Virus genome (UHGV): UHGV-0251519
From: a virus
Strand: one strand, 5' to 3'
DNA length: 64,000 nucleotides
In this document: in pieces, positions 59,904-64,000 of the stretch
Numbering within the stretch: position 1 is the stretch's first letter
How the letters are laid out: each line of letters starts with the position of its first letter
Notes under the pieces: model-generated
Told to the model about the DNA's origin: nothing
What the model saw: only the letters and a program-made list of their open reading frames with translations
The model's database searches: none
Made by a program: the position numbers and the translations under genes

Positions 59904-61172
59904 AATCGTTGTTTTAAATTTTTCGTTATCTTTTCAAATTTTTATTAGCCAATCAAGAAAAATTTTCTTAAAACCTGTAAAATTTTTAATAAGTATATAA
60001 AAATTAGTGAGTTAAAGTTAAAATTTTTCTGACTCATGGTTGTTTATGTTGAATTTTAGGATTAGTGTGCCTTATTGGAAGAACCTATTACTATTTCTGA
60101 ATAGCTAATCGGCCAACTTTTTGGTTAACATGGCGAGAGCGTAGCTCCTCGCCTACACTCTGTATGTTAAATGTTGAATATACTTTAATGTTACAAATTA
60201 AAAGTCAAACATTAAAGATAAAAAGTTGGCCTTTACGAACCTCTCATGTTCATGACATCGGGCAACGCCCGATGTCACTTTTTCCGTTACTAAGATCTTG
60301 CGCCCCTACGGGGCGCTAGCGGAACCTCTGTAATTCCGCAGTTTTTACGAAAAATGGCACGAAAAAATGTTTAAATTCTCCAAAATTACAGAGGAAAAAT
60401 TGTGTAATTGTTTAAAATTGCAAGGAATTTGCCCGCTGTAAATAGACTAAAAATAGCCAAATGATCAAAACGGAAATCTGAAGCAATGGTCAGATGAAGG
60501 AAAAAATGGGATTAGAAGCTTTTTTAATGTAAAAAGGATATAGGCGTATAGACTGAAAGCTTAAAATGGATTTTAAGGGCATTTACTCTCGTTTTTTAAT
60601 TTTATCGCTGGGTCAGAACTAAATCCTTAAAAGCTGTATTAAGGGAGATTGCATTATATCAAAAGTCGCCATGATAGTTATTATAAAAACGCTAAGTCTA
60701 TTATACTGTTAAAATAAGCCCTAGTTTCCCTCCCCCTGCACCCCTACTCTTAAATGAATATATTTTTATCTTCGAATTAACATTCTCGATAAAAAGCTTT
60801 TTATATTCTATCTGCATAAATGCATCTAGGATATAAAAAGAAAAATTATTAACATAATTTTTTTCTACCTATTACTATTTCTGAATAGCAAAATAGTATT
60901 ACCTTCGGAACTGCGTTCCTGCGGTAATACTATTTATTTTCTCTTTAAAGGTGTTAAAATTTAAAGAGAAGAATTTTAAAAGAATTAGAGAAAAAATAAC
61001 CGAAATTTAAAATGACAACAAAAACCCATACAATAATCCTAAAGTTAAAAAGCGATTATTGCATATCCATTAAGTAAAATTTTTTAAATTAAAAAAAAAC
61101 AAACCATGTGTAAGCGTCAATAGAAATCTCTTGCTAAATAAATCAATCCCATGCTTCAATCTTTACAACACA
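59904..61172. other. Palindrome-rich intergenic region, candidate replication origin or control region
   Basis: No ORF of 60 aa or more; many inverted repeats; 23-bp direct repeat at 60083-60105 and 60867-60889. Confidence 0.45.
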
Positions 61173-62501
61173 ATGAGCACAGCTAAAACCTACATACTTG
61201 ATGACAGATTATTAAAAATAGATCTGTCCGCTTTGGAAAAAACATGCACAGCATTAAATTTTAAGTTAAGTCAGCAAATACAAAGATTAGTTACACGATT
61301 GCTTACAGTACATTTTACAGGCAAGTTGCATGTTATAGACCATAACCATTTGGAACTATCATTGCCTGATCCAGAATTATTGCAGGAGGATGGTCCTAAA
61401 GAGTTAATGTCCAAACATCTTTATGTAAATTTATCAAAATTTGCAGCAGAGGGTCATAATTGTGCTGCACGCTGCGTTAAAACCAATCGGTTTTATAACA
61501 TAAAAGATTTGATGGAAATGCGTCCCATAGGATTAAGACATAAAGACAAGTCTTATAAATGGTATATAACTTGGGATCCGGATAAATTTTTAAAGAATTA
61601 TAAAAATAAAGATTTATTGACCTCTTCTTTAGTATTTAATTCCGAAGATGCTTTAGAGAATAAATGGATTTCCCCCGGCACATGCATTCCACTAAATAAA
61701 TTGCCCGCATCCCATCCTGCAGTCTCTTATTTAAATGACAGGGGTTATACAGATATGGACGCTCTTGTCCACCAGTTTAATGCTTCGTTTTGCACTGAGG
61801 AAAACCCGCAACTTAAACATCTAAAATTCGGTAAGGATACTGAAGGCTATATAATTGACCCTTTTAAATTCTTTACCCCTCAAGGGTGTATTATTTTTAC
61901 CGCTTTTCAATTAGGTCAGCCTAAATTATGGCAAGCAAGAATTTTAGATAAAAAATTAGGCAATGATAAATTGCATTATATGCATTTTGTCAATGACCCT
62001 TTTAAAAGAGTAAGTGGGTATTATAAAGTAGCCGAAAAAGACGCCACAGGAAAATACATACCTATGCAGGGCGTGTCTGATTCCATTGTAAAAAGAAAAT
62101 ATTATTTATCTCCAGGTTCCAAGGCCGGTAATGTTTTAATGGGTTATGATGCTGCAAGAGAGTTTAATTTATCCCGTCCGTCGGGAAAGAAAGTTATAGG
62201 GCTTTGTGAAGGCGTTTTAGATGCTGCCAGAATGGGGCCACCGTTTTGCGCTTATTTGGGAGGCGCTTTGTCCGTAGGACAGCTAAAATTAATTAGCAAT
62301 GGCATGTTTGATAAAATAATTCTTGCCGTAGACCATGATAAAGTCGGAAGCAGTACGGCAGCTAAGTTGAGGCGTAGCATTTCTATGCTGGGAGGAATTG
62401 ATATAGATGAATTAGACTATCCTTTGAAGTTTAAAGATTTAGGAGAAATAACCGACAATAACCTGATTTTAGACTTAAAAAAACAATACGATTTAACTTG
62501 A
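61173..62501 (+). CDS. DnaG-like primase (Toprim)
   Basis: YLNDRG, WQAR, KY, LCEGVLDA, AVDHDKVG, KDLGE. Confidence 0.8.
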   Translation: MSTAKTYILDDRLLKIDLSALEKTCTALNFKLSQQIQRLVTRLLTVHFTGKLHVIDHNHLELSLPDPELLQEDGPKELMSKHLYVNLSKFAAEGHNCAARCVKTNRFYNIKDLMEMRPIGLRHKDKSYKWYITWDPDKFLKNYKNKDLLTSSLVFNSEDALENKWISPGTCIPLNKLPASHPAVSYLNDRGYTDMDALVHQFNASFCTEENPQLKHLKFGKDTEGYIIDPFKFFTPQGCIIFTAFQLGQPKLWQARILDKKLGNDKLHYMHFVNDPFKRVSGYYKVAEKDATGKYIPMQGVSDSIVKRKYYLSPGSKAGNVLMGYDAAREFNLSRPSGKKVIGLCEGVLDAARMGPPFCAYLGGALSVGQLKLISNGMFDKIILAVDHDKVGSSTAAKLRRSISMLGGIDIDELDYPLKFKDLGEITDNNLILDLKKQYDLT

Positions 62502-62536
62502 AAGTTAATTAAATATAGAGAATCTAAACCAACACT

Positions 62537-64000
62537 ATGGACAAACAAGTAAAAGCAAAAACTACGGATAATCCGGATCCGTTTACGAATGAGTTTTCCC
62601 GACAGATTTGGGAAGTAACCTATAAAATGCAAAATGAAAAGAGTATTACAGATACGTGGAAACGTGTGGCAAATGCTGTAGCCAATGTAGAAAAGGATGA
62701 TGAATCCAAAAGATTTTATGCGGAGGCTTTTTATGAAATTTTAAAAGATTTTAAGTTTATACCTGGAGGCCGCATACTGGCCAATGCAGGGGGAAGTTGT
62801 ACAAATGTCTCCCTCGTCAACTGTTTTTTATCCCCCCAACCTAAGTATGATATGGATTCCATTGAAGGAATTATGGAGGTATTAAAGAACCAGGTTTTGA
62901 CCTTAAAATCTGAAGGAGGATGGGGTTTAAATTGCAGTTTTATTCGTCCTAGGGGTTCTTATATAGAAGGCATAGGCGCCAGAACTCCCGGAGCTGTAAA
63001 GTATTTGGAGCTGTTTGATAAAAGTTCTGAGATTATTACGGAAGGTCCGGGAGAGTATTATACAGAGAGTAAAGAAAAAATGCCTAAGAATGAAAAGAAG
63101 AAAATTCGCAAGGGCGCAATGATGCTCTGTTTAAGCTGCTGGCATCCTGATATATACGAATTTATTACTGCCAAACAAAAGCCGTTTCATCTAACTAAAA
63201 TGAATATGTCCGTAAATGTTACCAATGCTTTTATGGATATTTTAAATAGAGTTAACGAGCTTGTTAAAAACAATGCTTCGCAGGAAGAAATTGATGCCGT
63301 AGATTTTTGGCAATTGAGATTTCCCGATACGGCTTTTGAAAAATATAAATCCGAATGGGATGGGGACTTGGATAAATGGGAGAAAAAAGGTTACCCCGTT
63401 AAAGTTTATCGCACAGTTAGGGCTATGGATTTATGGGAAGCTTTAATGCAGTCTACCAGCAATCGTTCGGAACCTGGAGTTTTATTCCTAGATAGGGCAA
63501 ATGAGACCCATTGTGCAAATTATATCCCTGAGTTGCAATTAGTTGGGACAAATCCTTGTCTTACTGGAGATACCAAAGTTGCTGTTGCTGACGGGCGTAC
63601 AAATGTGACTATTAAAGAGTTGGCCGAAGCTGGCAGAGATGTTCCGGTGTTAGCTTGTGATAATGCTGGCAATATTGTTACAAAGTTAATGCGTAATCCT
63701 CGTATTACAGACTATAATAAAGATATTTATCGAGTGACTTTAGATGATGGAAATCATATTGATTGTACGTCTAATCATAAGTTTAGATTATCCGATGGTA
63801 CATATAAAGAGGTAAAAGATCTATCAATAGGTGTAGCTTTGCACACAAATACGCTAAGTGTAGAGGAGTATAAACGTTATTTAGTGCCGGAAGTTTTAAA
63901 TACGGAAATTACACCTAATAATCAGGCTTCTTCTGTACAACAACTGTGTGAAGAAGTAAAGTCTCAGGGTTATGAGGTAAAAATAGATAACGGTATAGTT
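62537..64000 (+). CDS. nrdJ: Class II (B12-dependent) ribonucleotide reductase with intein, 3'-truncated by window
   Basis: Translated manually: FIPGGRILANAG, SLVNCF, EGGWG, RKGAMM, HPDI, NMSV, EPGVLF, GTNP. Confidence 0.85.
   Translation, partial: MDKQVKAKTTDNPDPFTNEFSRQIWEVTYKMQNEKSITDTWKRVANAVANVEKDDESKRFYAEAFYEILKDFKFIPGGRILANAGGSCTNVSLVNCFLSPQPKYDMDSIEGIMEVLKNQVLTLKSEGGWGLNCSFIRPRGSYIEGIGARTPGAVKYLELFDKSSEIITEGPGEYYTESKEKMPKNEKKKIRKGAMMLCLSCWHPDIYEFITAKQKPFHLTKMNMSVNVTNAFMDILNRVNELVKNNASQEEIDAVDFWQLRFPDTAFEKYKSEWDGDLDKWEKKGYPVKVYRTVRAMDLWEALMQSTSNRSEPGVLFLDRANETHCANYIPELQLVGTNPCLTGDTKVAVADGRTNVTIKELAEAGRDVPVLACDNAGNIVTKLMRNPRITDYNKDIYRVTLDDGNHIDCTSNHKFRLSDGTYKEVKDLSIGVALHTNTLSVEEYKRYLVPEVLNTEITPNNQASSVQQLCEEVKSQGYEVKIDNGIV
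63557..64000 (+). mobile_element. Intein in RNR at the active-site TNP-C junction (partial)
   Basis: CLTGDTKVAVADG block A; CTSNHKF block B. Confidence 0.85.

Noticed and set aside
1..64000. Stop-codon reassignment
   Set aside because: Long genes read intact in the standard code, TAA, TAG and TGA all end genes, and no suppressor tRNA is seen; only one internal TAA found

Overview
AT-rich segment of a large, probably jumbo-type, tailed dsDNA phage genome (standard code, almost all genes on +). From left to right: tail-fibre/receptor-binding genes (1-5.9 kb); many small accessory ORFs; nucleotide-metabolism genes (tmk, deaminase, dUTPase, class II RNR with an intein); five tRNA genes; a TnpB-only IS200/IS605-type insertion; an RNA-repair kinase/phosphatase/ligase; an SbcCD-like nuclease, an SF2 helicase, a DnaB-like helicase and a DnaG-like primase; and a 1.2-kb palindrome-rich intergenic region. 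The most notable items are: (1) a complete phage-encoded ubiquitin-like conjugation module (JAB protease, E1/ThiF, a Ubl ending KG-N, and a 1311-aa protein with an E2-like domain), with the Ubl apparently split by a -1 frame change; (2) a terminase large subunit broken at Walker A by an atypically split intein, whose halves lie 6.5 kb apart on opposite strands; (3) a tRNA-Leu(UAA) interrupted by a group I intron at position 33/34; (4) an unrecognised ~205-nt structured RNA after tRNA-Asn; (5) an 8-copy dispersed paralogous family; (6) a solo RAMP-like gene. All calls come from manual motif reading; no database searches were run.
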